Positions 9,836 through 20,614 of a stretch of 64,000 bases of DNA are shown piece after piece. A program made the position numbers and the translations under genes. Source of the DNA: an uncultured delta proteobacterium (GTDB taxonomy: Bacteria > Desulfobacterota > Syntrophia > Syntrophales > UBA5619); contig CAWFOM010000004.1 in the NCBI GenBank assembly GCA_963817385.1, positions 1 to 64,000 of the forward strand, given 5' to 3'. The notes beneath the pieces are model-generated. The model worked only from the letters and a program-made list of their open reading frames with translations, made no database searches and was not told the origin of the DNA. Every line of letters starts with the position of its first letter. Position 1 is the stretch's first letter.

Positions 9836-11486
9836 ATGAATTTACAATCGACAGACCCGTCAGCAGCGGCCCAGCCGGCGCCGCCGCAGGTTTTCAAAGG
9901 GGACCGCCGGCAACAGAATGAAATCGACCAGCGCCGGACCTTCGGCATCATCAGCCACCCGGATGCGGGGAAGACGACGCTGACCGAGAAGCTCCTCCTC
10001 TTCGGGGGGGCGATCCAGCTCGCCGGCGCCGTCAAGGCCCGGAAGGCAGGCCGGCATGCGACCAGCGACTGGATGACCATCGAGAAAGAGCGGGGGATCT
10101 CCGTCACGACCTCGGTCATGAAGTTCCACTACGGGGCGTTCGAGATCAACCTCCTGGACACCCCCGGCCATAAGGACTTCTCCGAGGACACCTACCGGGT
10201 CCTCACCGCCGTGGACAGCGCGCTCATGGTCATCGACAGCGGCAAGGGGGTCGAGCCCCAGACGGAGAAGCTCATGGAGGTCTGCCGGATGCGCAACACC
10301 CCCATCATGACCTTCATCAACAAGCTCGACCGGGACGGGATGGCGCCGATGGAGATCCTTGCCAACATCGAGGACAAGCTCCAGATCGAGTGCGCCCCGC
10401 TCTCCTGGCCGATCGGCATGGGAAAGGATTTCAAGGGGGTCTACAATCTCTACGCCAAGTCGCTCCACCTCTTCACCCCGGGGAGGGACAGCCGGAAGGA
10501 GAAGGGGATCACCATTACCGATCTCGAGGATCCCCGGCTCGACGAGCTCCTGGGGAGCCAGGCGGAGCAGCTTCGGGAGGAGATCGCCCTGATCGATGGG
10601 GCGGCAAGCCCCTTCTCCCACGAGGAGTACCTCAAGGGCAATCAGACGCCGGTGTTCTTCGGGAGTGCGATCAACAACTTCGGCGTCCGGGAGCTCCTCG
10701 ACGCGTTCGTCGAGATGGCCCCGCCGCCCGGCCCGCGTCCCGCGGTCACCCGGATGGTCTCTCCGCTTGAGGAGGGATTCTCGGGCTTCGTCTTCAAGAT
10801 CCAGGCGAACATGGACCTCGCCCACCGCGACCGGATCGCCTTTTTCCGGATCTGTTCGGGCAGGTTCACCCGGGGGATGAAGGTTGTTCCACCACCGGAT
10901 CGGCAAGGAGATCGTCCTTTCCAATGCGACGATCTTCATGGCCCAGGACCGGACAAACGTGGAGGAGGCCTTTCCCGGCGACATCATCGGGATCCACAAC
11001 CACGGGACGATCCAGATCGGCGATACGTTCACCGAGGGGGAGCCCCTCCAGTTCACCGGGATCCCCAACTTCGCCCCGGAACACTTCCGGCGCGTCCGGG
11101 TCAAAAACTCGCTCAAGATCAAACAGCTCCAGAAGGGACTCGCCCAGCTCTCGGAAGAGGGGGCGGTCCAGGTCTTTCGGCCGCTCATGGGGAATGACTA
11201 CATCCTGGGCGCGGTCGGCCTCCTCCAGTTCGACGTGACAATGGCCCGCCTGAAAACCGAATACGGCGTCGACGCCTCCTACGAGGCGATTGACTACGCG
11301 GCGGCCCGCTGGATCGCCTGCGACGATAAAAAGCGGCTTGCCGAGTTCGAGAAGCGCTGCCAGGCCAACCTGGCCCGGGACGCGGATGGGCACCTGACCT
11401 ACCTGGCCGCAACCGAATGGCGCCTCGGCTTCATCATGGAGGAGTGGCCCGATATCGCCTTCCGCAAGACCCGCGAGCATAACTGA
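9836..11486 (+). CDS. prfC: Peptide chain release factor 3 (one +1 frameshift near 10884, probably sequence error)
   Basis: [40 protein letters not shown]-terminus ([17 protein letters not shown]) continues in ORF 10884..11486. Confidence 0.95.
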
Positions 11487-11495
11487 TCTGTCAAA

Positions 11496-13151
11496 CTATC
11501 TCAGATACAGCGGCATCAGGGTAAAGCTGCCGTCCACCCGGTCGGGGACATCCCGCAACTTCTGCCACTTCCACGAGGACTGGCTCCAGATGAAGGGTGT
11601 ACCATTTATCCGGGGGGTGCCGTAGAGCATCCAGAAGCCGGTGTTCGCGGCCGTTGTATCGAGGGTGCCCGACAGCCCCATGAAGGCGCGCGCCATGCCG
11701 GTGGAGGCCACCTTGGAATCGAACGAACCGTCGGGGATCTGTTTGGGGTAGTCGGTCTCGCCGTACCCCAGGTCCCAGCGGCCGAAGATCGAGAGCGGGT
11801 TGAGCGGATCGGTATAGGTGATGACCGTCTTGGCCGTCTCCAGGTCCGTCACGCCCGGCAGGAGCTCCTTGAACTGACGCCGCCGGGCCGGGCGGTTGTC
11901 GGTGGAGAGCAAGTCGCTCCGCACCTGGAGCGAGGCGGGGTAGTTGATCCCCATCAGGTAGTCGGGGGTGACCATCTCGGCATCGTAGTCGGTCGAGCAG
12001 ATGCCGTTGTCGAGGGCCTGGCTGGTCACCGTGTAGGCGCCCCCGCTGGAACGGTAGTAGACGAAGCAGCGGTAGGACATCTCCACCAGGCCGGTCTCGT
12101 TGGTGTTCGCGTCGACCAGCATGTAGCCGTTCAGGTAGGTGCCGGTGTTGTCCAGCGAGATGTAACGGAAGAAGTCATCGATCGTAGCCGAGAACTGCTC
12201 CGCCAGTGCGGCCCGCCAGAACATCCAGAGCCCGTTGGGCTTGGCTTGCCCCTTGGACGCCCGGTGGGTCGTCTCGTTGAACATCATCCCCTTGTTGTTG
12301 AACCCGAAATCGGTGTTGGAACCGATGATCCCCGGATTTACCGCGTTCAGGGTCACCAGATCGCCGTTGACCGCCAGGGTCTGGGTCATGGTCTGGGAGA
12401 GAAACCCATCCCAGGTGTTGTGTGCCAGGATGACCTCGCCTCCGGTCCGCTTCAGGAAGGCGGAGCACTTGTCCGGATAATCCACCATCGTGATCCCGCC
12501 GGGCGCCAGTTCCGGCGAAAAAGAGATCACATCCATCACGTCGCTGAAGGCGTTCAGGAGGTAGAGATCCATGAAGGAGAGGCCGGCCGTCTCGTAGCCC
12601 ACCTCCAGTTCCTCCGGCCGGAAATAGCCGCCGTCGGGCAGCCAGACCCCCGAAAAATCGAGGGCCGCCGGCTGGGCGAGGGTTACCCCGTGGTAGATCC
12701 CCAGCATCCGGAAGAGGAGACGCTTCAGGCGGTACGCCACCTCTGCGTCGGTAGCGGGATTCCTGAGATGGGTGATGAAGCCGTTGTAGTTGACGTTCAG
12801 GATCGCCACCGTCTTCTGCAGCTCCGCGAGGGTCGGGCCGTGCTGCTTGGGGAAGGAATGGGACGGATCCGCCAGGTAGGCAATGTCCCAGTTGTTGTCG
12901 CGGGCCGACAGGATGGTTTTCCCCTGCAGTTTGCCCTGGACAAACCCGGCCCGGTACTCGGCCTTCAGGTCGTTCGCATCCGTGGATACCACCGTCATGT
13001 TGACGATGTTGTTGATGGTCTCGATTGCGCCGGAGGCATTGGCGTCCAGGGTGAAGACCGTGCGGTTCGATACGGGGGCGCTGTCACCGGAGCATGCTGA
13101 CAACAGGAAAGCAGCCAGTAAAGAGGACATGGTTTTCAGTATCTGTCTCAT
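11496..13151 (-). CDS. Phospholipase B-like (Ntn-hydrolase) lipoprotein
   Basis: Lipobox LLSAC; CSAFLK..AHNTW, NETT, NTGTYLN, RWDL and GSFDSKV resemble PLBD-family motifs. Confidence 0.75.
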   Translation of the reverse strand: MRQILKTMSSLLAAFLLSACSGDSAPVSNRTVFTLDANASGAIETINNIVNMTVVSTDANDLKAEYRAGFVQGKLQGKTILSARDNNWDIAYLADPSHSFPKQHGPTLAELQKTVAILNVNYNGFITHLRNPATDAEVAYRLKRLLFRMLGIYHGVTLAQPAALDFSGVWLPDGGYFRPEELEVGYETAGLSFMDLYLLNAFSDVMDVISFSPELAPGGITMVDYPDKCSAFLKRTGGEVILAHNTWDGFLSQTMTQTLAVNGDLVTLNAVNPGIIGSNTDFGFNNKGMMFNETTHRASKGQAKPNGLWMFWRAALAEQFSATIDDFFRYISLDNTGTYLNGYMLVDANTNETGLVEMSYRCFVYYRSSGGAYTVTSQALDNGICSTDYDAEMVTPDYLMGINYPASLQVRSDLLSTDNRPARRRQFKELLPGVTDLETAKTVITYTDPLNPLSIFGRWDLGYGETDYPKQIPDGSFDSKVASTGMARAFMGLSGTLDTTAANTGFWMLYGTPRINGTPFIWSQSSWKWQKLRDVPDRVDGSFTLMPLYLR

Positions 13152-13522
13152 ACAGTCTCCCATAGATGACATACCCACCCAGCGCCCGAAGCGCGGGACA
13201 GGTGATTCCCTGCCGACCCTTCCGCCCTCCGGGCCCGTCGGAGGGCTATTTCCGCCTCCGGCGCCCGTAGATTTATCCGATCCGACACATCCTGTCAATA
13301 GTCCTTGGGCAGCCCGGACAGCGAGTGGTACCTCGGAATCAACCGGAGGGAAAAAGGTAAGTTGGGGAATCATCTTGACGCAGATTTTATCGCATGCTAA
13401 GCGAGCGAACAACTACGGAACATCACGCCGTCAAATGGAACGGCACGATTTTTACGCATAAGCTGAGTCGCGGGGTGAAATATGAGCCACAATCGTTGAA
13501 ATCATCACCAAAGGAGAAACGG

Positions 13523-14728
13523 ATGGAACAAAGAAACAATGAAACTACTCGATTGCCATTGACGGGGATTCGCGTTCTGGAGCTGTCGCTGGCGGTCATG
13601 GGGCCGACGGCGGGCATGCTCCTGGGAGATATGGGGGCGGAAGTCATCCGAATCGAGCCGACGCCGCAGGGGGACGAAACCCGGCGGATCAAAGGGTTCG
13701 GCACCGGTTTTTTCCCGGCCTTCAATAGAAACAAGAAGAGCCTCGTCCTGAACCTCAAGAGCCCCGAGGGGAAGGAAATCATGGACAACCTGATCAAGAC
13801 CGCGGACGTGCTCGTGGAGAATTATGCGCCGGGCACCATCGACCGGCTGGGCTTCGGCTATGAACGGGTGAACGGGATGAACCCCCGCCTGATCTTCTGT
13901 TCGCTCAAGGGCTTCATGCCGGGACCCTACGAGAAACGGCCCGCCCTCGACGAAGTGTGCCAGATGATGGGCGGGCTGGCCTACATGACCGGCCCGGCGG
14001 GACGACCCCTGCGGGCGGGGGCCTCGATCCTCGACATCATGGGGGGGAGCTACGGGGTGCTCGGCGTCGTGACCGCGCTCTACGAACGGGAGCGGACCGG
14101 CCGGGGTCAGAAGGTCCTGGCCACCCTTTTCGAGTCGGTTGTCCTGCTGATGGCCCAGAACATGGCGGTGGCCGCAATCACCGGGCAAGAGCCGCCCCCC
14201 ATGCCGGAGCGCGGCCGTTCCTGGTCGGTCTACGACCTCTTCGACACCGCCGACGGGAGCAAGGTATTCGTGGGCATTACCAGCGATGCCCACTGGCAGC
14301 GGTTCTGCAAGTCGTTCGGCTATGACGATCTCCTGGCGGACCGGCGGCTGGCCACCAACAACAGCCGGGTGGACGAGCGGGAGTGGTTCATACCGGAGAT
14401 CCGCCGGCGGCTTGCGAAACTGACCAAGGACGCGATCGTGCGGAATGCCGAGGAGGCGAGCATCCCTTTCGCCCCCGTCGCCCAGCCCGCGGAACTCTTC
14501 GACGATCCCCATCTGAAGGCCTCGGGAGGGTTGTTGGAAACGGCCCTCCCCGACGGGAGGAAGGCGATGCTGCCGCGGATGCCCCTGCGGATGGACAACC
14601 ACGATTTCGGGCTTCGCTTCGATCCGCCCGCTCCCGGAGAGGGAAGCGAAGAACTGCTTCTCTCGCTGGGATTGGACCGCGACCGGATTGCGGCCTTGAA
14701 AAAAGAGGGTGTCGTCGGTCCGTTGTAA
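13523..14728 (+). CDS. CaiB/BaiF family III CoA-transferase
   Basis: PLTGIRVLEL, LGDMGAEVIRIE, NRNKKS, ADVLVENY, D of ILDIMGG; RBS AAGGAG. Confidence 0.92.
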   Translation: MEQRNNETTRLPLTGIRVLELSLAVMGPTAGMLLGDMGAEVIRIEPTPQGDETRRIKGFGTGFFPAFNRNKKSLVLNLKSPEGKEIMDNLIKTADVLVENYAPGTIDRLGFGYERVNGMNPRLIFCSLKGFMPGPYEKRPALDEVCQMMGGLAYMTGPAGRPLRAGASILDIMGGSYGVLGVVTALYERERTGRGQKVLATLFESVVLLMAQNMAVAAITGQEPPPMPERGRSWSVYDLFDTADGSKVFVGITSDAHWQRFCKSFGYDDLLADRRLATNNSRVDEREWFIPEIRRRLAKLTKDAIVRNAEEASIPFAPVAQPAELFDDPHLKASGGLLETALPDGRKAMLPRMPLRMDNHDFGLRFDPPAPGEGSEELLLSLGLDRDRIAALKKEGVVGPL

Positions 14729-14865
14729 GGACACGGCCCGGGATCTGATGATCAAGACCCTCCAGACCGGAGGGATGGTGAGAAAGGAATCGGCGTCGCC
14801 GTGTCGAGGTCTGTACGCTCATCAACGCTGCCGTAAACGGAACAAGATATGGCGGTAAAATCACC

Positions 14866-14894
14866 TTGACATACAAAACCGCTTTTCATATCCT
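14866..14894 (+). promoter_or_regulatory. Putative sigma70 promoter of lemA
   Basis: TTGACA-17 nt-TATCCT. Confidence 0.45.
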
Positions 14895-14981
14895 CGATTC
14901 ACGTAAAAGCACGTTCTTATCAGTATCTATCAGTATCAGTTTATACTAACCGGCAACGTCAACCCAAACGGAGGCGACCTG

Positions 14982-15539
14982 ATGGTACTCACATGGATTA
15001 TCATAGCGGTGGCGGTAGTCGGCGCCGTGGCTGTCATCTCCCTCTACAACAAACTGGTCCGCCTGCGTAACACGGTGCGATCCGCGTGGTCGGACATCGA
15101 CGTGCAGCTCAAGAAACGTTATGACCTTGTGCCGAACCTGGTGGAAACGGTGAAGGGATACGCGGCCCATGAGCAATCGCTCTTCACAAAGGTGACCGAT
15201 GCCCGGGCACAGGCAATCAAGGCCACGGGGCCCGGCGATACGGCGAGGGCCGAAAACCTGTTGCGGGATTCACTGAAGAGCCTGTTTGCCGTTGCCGAGG
15301 CGTATCCCGATCTGAAGGCGAATCAGGACTTTTTACAGCTTCAGACCCAGCTCAAGGAAATTGAGGATACCATCGAGGCTGCGCGGCGCTATTACAACGC
15401 GGTGGTAAGGGATTTCAACACCGCGATCGAACAGTTTCCCTCAAACCTGATCGCCTCTCAGTTCGGATTCGAGAAGAACGATTTCTTCGAGCTCGAAAGC
15501 CCGGAGATCGAGCGGAAACCAGTCAAAGTCGGTTTCTGA
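14982..15539 (+). CDS. lemA: LemA family protein
   Basis: YNKLV, WSDIDVQLKKRYDLVPNLVETVKGY, EAYPDLKA, RRYYN. Confidence 0.95.
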   Translation: MVLTWIIIAVAVVGAVAVISLYNKLVRLRNTVRSAWSDIDVQLKKRYDLVPNLVETVKGYAAHEQSLFTKVTDARAQAIKATGPGDTARAENLLRDSLKSLFAVAEAYPDLKANQDFLQLQTQLKEIEDTIEAARRYYNAVVRDFNTAIEQFPSNLIASQFGFEKNDFFELESPEIERKPVKVGF

Positions 15540-17546
15540 TGAGAGGCGAGACCATGATCCCCGAGCCCAACCGGACACTGAATCCCGCGAACAGAGCCCG
15601 AGCTTCGGTGTTCCTGGTCGCATCGTGCGTCATTCTGGTCCTCGTCGTCATCAGCTCGGGCATCGCCGCGGCCGCATCCGAAACGATCCTGTCGTTTGCG
15701 AGTCACATCACCGTGGAACCCGACGCGAGCATGCGCGTGACGGAGACCATCACGGTCGTGAGCACCGGCGACCAGATCAAGCGGGGCATCTACCGGGACT
15801 TCCCCACGACCTACAAGGACCGCGCCGGGAACAAATACGTCGTGGGCTTTGCGATCCTTGCCGTCGCGCGCGACGGCAAGCCCGAGGCGTACCACACCGA
15901 AGCCCTTTCAAACGGCATCCGGATCTACATGGGCCGGAAGGAATATTTGCTGCCGTCGGGAGAGTACACCTACACGCTGAGCTACCGGACCGACCGGCAG
16001 CTGGGCTTCTTTAAGGATCACGACGAACTCTACTGGAACGTCACCGGAAACGGGTGGAACTTCCCCATCGAAACAGCCTCCGCGACCGTGGCGCCGCCCC
16101 CGGGGGTCCCTGCCGAAAGGATGGTCCTCGAAGGTTACACAGGTCCGATGGGGGCCAAGGGCCAAGACTTCACCGCGGCGGTGACCCCTGACGGCAAGGC
16201 GGGTTTCATAACGACGCGCAGACTCAACGCCTACCAGGGGTTGACGATTGTCGTCAGTTGGCCGAAGGGGTTCGTGCGGGAGCCCTCCCTCCGCGAAAAG
16301 ACCGTCCATTTTCTTAAGGACAACCTCTCTCTGCTGGTTGCCGTCAGCGGTTTTGTCGCTCTCCTGCTTTACTACGTGCTGGTGTGGTTCGCGGCGGGCA
16401 GAGACCCGGCCAAGGGGACCATCATGCCTCTCTACTCACCGCCCGACAACCTGTCGCCGGCGTCGATGCGGTTCATGGCCGAGATGGGATATGACGACAA
16501 GGTGTTCGCCGCGGCCGTCATCGATATGGCCGTGAAGGGATTTCTTTCCATCCGCGAGAAGGACGGCAAGTACACGCTCACGAAAACCGGCGGCGATCCA
16601 TCCAAGCTCAGCGCGGAAGAGAAAAAAATCGCCGCCCAGCTCTTTCAATCCGGCAGCTCGATCGCTCTCGAACAGAAACAACACTCCCGGATCGCCGCCG
16701 CCACAGAATGCCCTCAGGACATCCCTCACGCTTACATTTGAAAAAACCCATTTCGTCACCAACCGGGGGGCCTTTGTCACCGGGGTGGTCATATCCACAG
16801 CCGCAGTGGCGGCGAGTTTCCTTTCCGCGTTGGACGCGCCCGATGTTCTGTTCCTCGGCGTTTGGCTCACGGGGTGGAGCATCGGGGTGGCGTTTCTCGC
16901 CGTGATCGCCGTGAAGCTCTGGCACCAAGTATTCACAGGGGCCCGGAAACTGGGCACCAAGGTCGGCAGTCTCGGGTCGGCCGTCTTTTTGACCTGTTTC
17001 GCGCTGCCCTTCTTCGGCGCGGAGATCTTTGTCTTGTTCACCCTTGCCCAGAGTGCGCCGGCCCTGATCGGTCTTCTGGTTGCGGTGGTTGTCATGAACA
17101 TGGCCTTCTATTATCTGCTCAAGGCCCCGACGATGCTCGGGCGCCGGATTCTCGACCGCATCGAGGGCTTCAAGATGTTCCTGGGCGCCACCGAAGGGGA
17201 CCGTCTCCAGCGTATGGTCCCCGCGGAACGTACGCCCGAGCTTTACGAAAAGTACCTGCCGTATGCCCTCGCCCTGGGCGTCGAGCAGGCGTGGACCGAG
17301 CAGTTCGCCGACGTACTCTCCGCGGCCATGCAACCGGACGGCAGCGGCTATCAGCCCGTGTGGTACTCGGGTTCGACGTTCGACAGCACACGAATGGGCA
17401 GTTTCGCGGGTGAGGTGGGCAGCTCTTTGAGTAACGCCATCTCCTCTTCCTCGACCGCACCGGGGTCGGGATCGGGAAGCAGCAGCGGCGGAGGCGGAGG
17501 TTCGTCCGGCGGCGGCGGCGGGGGAGGCGGCGGCGGCGGCTGGTAG
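15539..17546 (+). CDS. DUF2207 membrane protein (frameshift near 16705, probably sequence error)
   Basis: RGIYRDFP, ELYWNVTGNGW, YEKYLPYALALGV, Gly-rich tail ending GGGGW; usual lemA partner. Removing one base rejoins the two ORFs. Confidence 0.88.
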
Positions 17547-17791
17547 CACACTTTTCAGCTTCCCTCCAGGTCGCGTTCGCCGTTCATCGATCCCGCGCGG
17601 ACATCCGGTTCGTCCGGAAAAAGGCGGAGCAGATCCTGGCGCCACTGGGGAAGAATGCCAACACCATCGTCATTGAGGAGGCACTCGATGTCCCTCCGTT
17701 GAAATTCCCTTCCCCCGGCCGTTCCTCCGTGCTATTATTTTGTACCTGAAAATCCGGGCGCGCCTATTTTCTAAACAGGGAGGAACTTCAT

Positions 17792-18164
17792 ATGGCCGAC
17801 AATGGAATGGCCAGAAGGGATTTTATGAAGGCGACGGCTGCCGGATTTGGCGGATTTTTCTTCCTCTCTGCCAATGAAAAAAGCCGGAAGAAACGACGAA
17901 AAAACCGCTAAAGAAGCAAAAGTTCATCTATCGCACCCTGGGAAAAACGGGAATAAAGCTTCCGGCGATCAACATGGGGTCATGAATTCCAGCAATCCCA
18001 ATCTTGTTCGGGCCGCCTTGAATGCCGGCATGGTTCTCCTCGACACGGCCACGACTTATCAAAGAAGCACGAACGAGACGATGATCGGCGAAATCGTCAA
18101 GGAGCGGCTGCGGGATTCATGCGTGATTGAATACCAAATGAAATGCGCACTTTTCGGAGCGTGA
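17792..18164 (+). pseudogene. Truncated Tat-signal aldo/keto reductase fragment
   Basis: MADNGMARRDFMK signal, then in shifting frames FIYRTLGKTGIKL and GVMN..ALNAGMVLLDTATTY..NETMIGE; ends early at AT-rich DNA. Confidence 0.7.
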
Positions 18165-18437
18165 TTTTTCTGATGATCGGGGGGTTTTGTAACTTCCTTA
18201 AAGAAATAAGTTGATATTTTGCTTGATCTTGTAGCTTTCAAACGAAAACCGTGATAGTAAAATAAAGAATATAATAGCAGTTGAATACGTTCAATCCTGT
18301 ATAAATATCTTGGAGGGAAATATAGACTGACTTGGCAAATACCCCGTCTCATGCATAAAAGAAAGGGGGTTTTTATTGCTGATAAATAAGTCGAGGGGTT
18401 TTATACCGATCCAATAAACATTGTTAGGAGGTAAGAT

Positions 18438-19064
18438 ATGTCTCGAGTAGCACAGATCTCATCAATCGTGCTTTCTCTTGTCCTTTTAACCGCATGCAAT
18501 TCCACCGTAAACATAAAACCCATTCCGAATGCAGAAAACGTCGTCATCGAGGTACCTGAATACAAATCAGGTGACCGCTGGAATTACACCAATGGCTACT
18601 TTGAAGAGGTGCTCGGCTATGAAAACGAATTGTTAGTGACGACTTCCACTATTACTAGTTGGTGCCAGAACTGCCGATACTATCGAGACAGAAATTATGC
18701 CACCGTGAGAGTTCTTGATGCCAACGGCAGGTCAACCGGAGGATATGTCGGCATGAAACTTCTTGATTTTCCACTAAAGGTCGGAAAAAAGTGGGACCAA
18801 ACAACTACCCTGCGAGAAGTGTCGACTGGTTTATTGAGGACAGCTTCAAATTCTTTCAGTATAGTAGCATTTGAAGAAGTCACTGTTACCGCAGGCATTT
18901 TTAGAGCCTTCAAAATAAGATTGTTTCAGCATTATCTCGACACACCATGGTCCGGGAGTTGCGACATGTGGTGGTCTCCAGATGTAAAGAACTTCATCAA
19001 GCGATCAGTCTATACTATCAAGTGGTTTGATGACTTCGAATTGGTCTCATACAGTACCAAGTAA
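18438..19064 (+). CDS. Hypothetical lipoprotein (AT-rich)
   Basis: Lipobox LLTAC, RBS AGGAGG, motifs FPLKVGKKW and EEVTVTAGIF. Confidence 0.75.
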   Translation: MSRVAQISSIVLSLVLLTACNSTVNIKPIPNAENVVIEVPEYKSGDRWNYTNGYFEEVLGYENELLVTTSTITSWCQNCRYYRDRNYATVRVLDANGRSTGGYVGMKLLDFPLKVGKKWDQTTTLREVSTGLLRTASNSFSIVAFEEVTVTAGIFRAFKIRLFQHYLDTPWSGSCDMWWSPDVKNFIKRSVYTIKWFDDFELVSYSTK

Positions 19065-19318
19065 AGAAGGTATCCATGTCAACCTCTGTAAATAGAAACA
19101 CCATTTTTCCGACAAATTATATGAAAGAGTTTTTCAACAACCTGTTAGGGGTAGATTTCTCCTACTAAAAAGTGTATATTCAATCCACATTGTGTTTGGC
19201 CTTGATATGCCATAGGCTTTTCAAAACGAGTAGGTAAAATGGGGCCGGGATGAAGTTGCAGGAGTTGAACACGCTCCGAAGCAGCGCAGTTAAAACACTT
19301 TAATGAATGGAGGAAAAT

Positions 19319-19531
19319 ATGAAAAAACTCGTTGTTGTTCTGATGGGGGTGCTTTTTCTCGCCGGTTGCGCGGCGGCAAGGGAATCGGGATTCTATGAGC
19401 ACAACACCATGTACCGGGATGGGGCGCACTGGATATTCAGCGCCTGGGGATATAAGCAAATCTCGCCCAAGGAAGCCCAGCTGTCCAAGGAAGAGGACTG
19501 GTGGGGGATTACCTATTATGGGTCCGAGTAG
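19319..19531 (+). CDS. Small hypothetical lipoprotein
   Basis: MKKLVVVLMGVLFLAGC lipobox, RBS GGAGG. Confidence 0.7.
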   Translation: MKKLVVVLMGVLFLAGCAAARESGFYEHNTMYRDGAHWIFSAWGYKQISPKEAQLSKEEDWWGITYYGSE

Positions 19532-19965
19532 GAGAACCTGTCTGAGGGAATCCGGCCTGCTTCCTGTCTTTTAAGGATAACGACCGGATTCCCGTCGCAT
19601 CACAGCGCTGAGCATGCCCTTGCTCTGATGATCTCCGGACAGTGAGCCCTGCTTCTCCTGAAGAATAAGAGGGCATTGAACGTGTCGACGCAACCGGACG
19701 AAATTAACCCCACCGCCCACTTCCTGTGGATACTGATTTTTTGTAGAGCCGTGTAAAGAGCAATCTTCATATTCGCCTCGTGACGATCGTGGCGGGAGTG
19801 CGTGAAAAACGCGATCGTCTCCTTCCTGGAGGCGGATTCCTGAGTACGGAAAAAACTTCTTGACATAAAGAGCCGTTCTCCGTAGCCTTTTCTTGCGTGC
19901 GCGCAAATTCCCTGTCAATTCAGTTCAATCAACGGTCCCTGCGGACCATTTTCCGGGAGGATGCC

Positions 19966-20547
19966 ATGAACCTTTCGCTGGGTAACAAAAATGTGGTCGT
20001 GGGATTTTTGGTGATCCTGATCTATTTCTCGATGACGGTCTTCATCGAACGAACAACCTCGATGCACCAGTTCCACGATAAGGCGGCGGCCGTCGTGATC
20101 GATACGAAGGGGTCCGCGAACCTGCTCGATCATCAGGTGGTCGACATGAAGCGAGGCCCGGCCTACCGCACCGGGGGTCTTTATTTCACGAATTATTACC
20201 CGGTTTCCTATGTCCGGGTGTCGAATGCCGGCCGGGAGGCCGGCTATAACATGCGTCTGTACGCCTGGATGTTCGCGTTGTTCAACATCGCGATCGGCGT
20301 CATCGTCGGGCTCCAACGCGGGGCGAACCTGACGTTACGCACCTGGGCTTCGTGGCTTGCGGTTGCGGGCGTGGTGCTTTATCCCATCCGCGATACGGTC
20401 GTCTTCTGGTGCCGGTGGTTCACCGTGACCGCTCCCAGCCAGATCATCTACCCGATCAAATGGATCGGAGGCGCGGCAATGTTTATCGCCCTGCTTATGG
20501 CGCTCATCGTCTTTGTGCAGGGATCCCGACAGGCTGCGGTGAAATGA
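19966..20547 (+). CDS. Hypothetical 4-TM membrane protein
   Basis: RBS GGAGG; four hydrophobic helices with a long loop after TM1. Confidence 0.7.
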   Translation: MNLSLGNKNVVVGFLVILIYFSMTVFIERTTSMHQFHDKAAAVVIDTKGSANLLDHQVVDMKRGPAYRTGGLYFTNYYPVSYVRVSNAGREAGYNMRLYAWMFALFNIAIGVIVGLQRGANLTLRTWASWLAVAGVVLYPIRDTVVFWCRWFTVTAPSQIIYPIKWIGGAAMFIALLMALIVFVQGSRQAAVK

Positions 20548-20614
20548 AGCGACCTTCTTTCTCACCGGGATGCGGCGGGCGCAGGATCACATCGTGCGTG
20601 CTTGAAATTTTCTT

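Noticed and set aside
10870..10900. Programmed frameshift in a release factor gene
   Set aside because: Programmed +1 shifting is a prfB feature (CTT TGA with an internal SD). This is prfC, has no such site, and fits the window-wide indel pattern.
14918..14937. TATCAGTATC repeated twice in the lemA leader
   Set aside because: Only two 10-bp units; a possible operator or slippage product, but unsupported.
17460..17546. GGC-rich tandem repeat
   Set aside because: It encodes the normal Gly/Ser-rich tail of DUF2207 proteins.
19600..19780. Possible glycosyltransferase N-terminal relic (MKIALYT...YPQEVGGG) on the minus strand
   Set aside because: Too short and broken to support.
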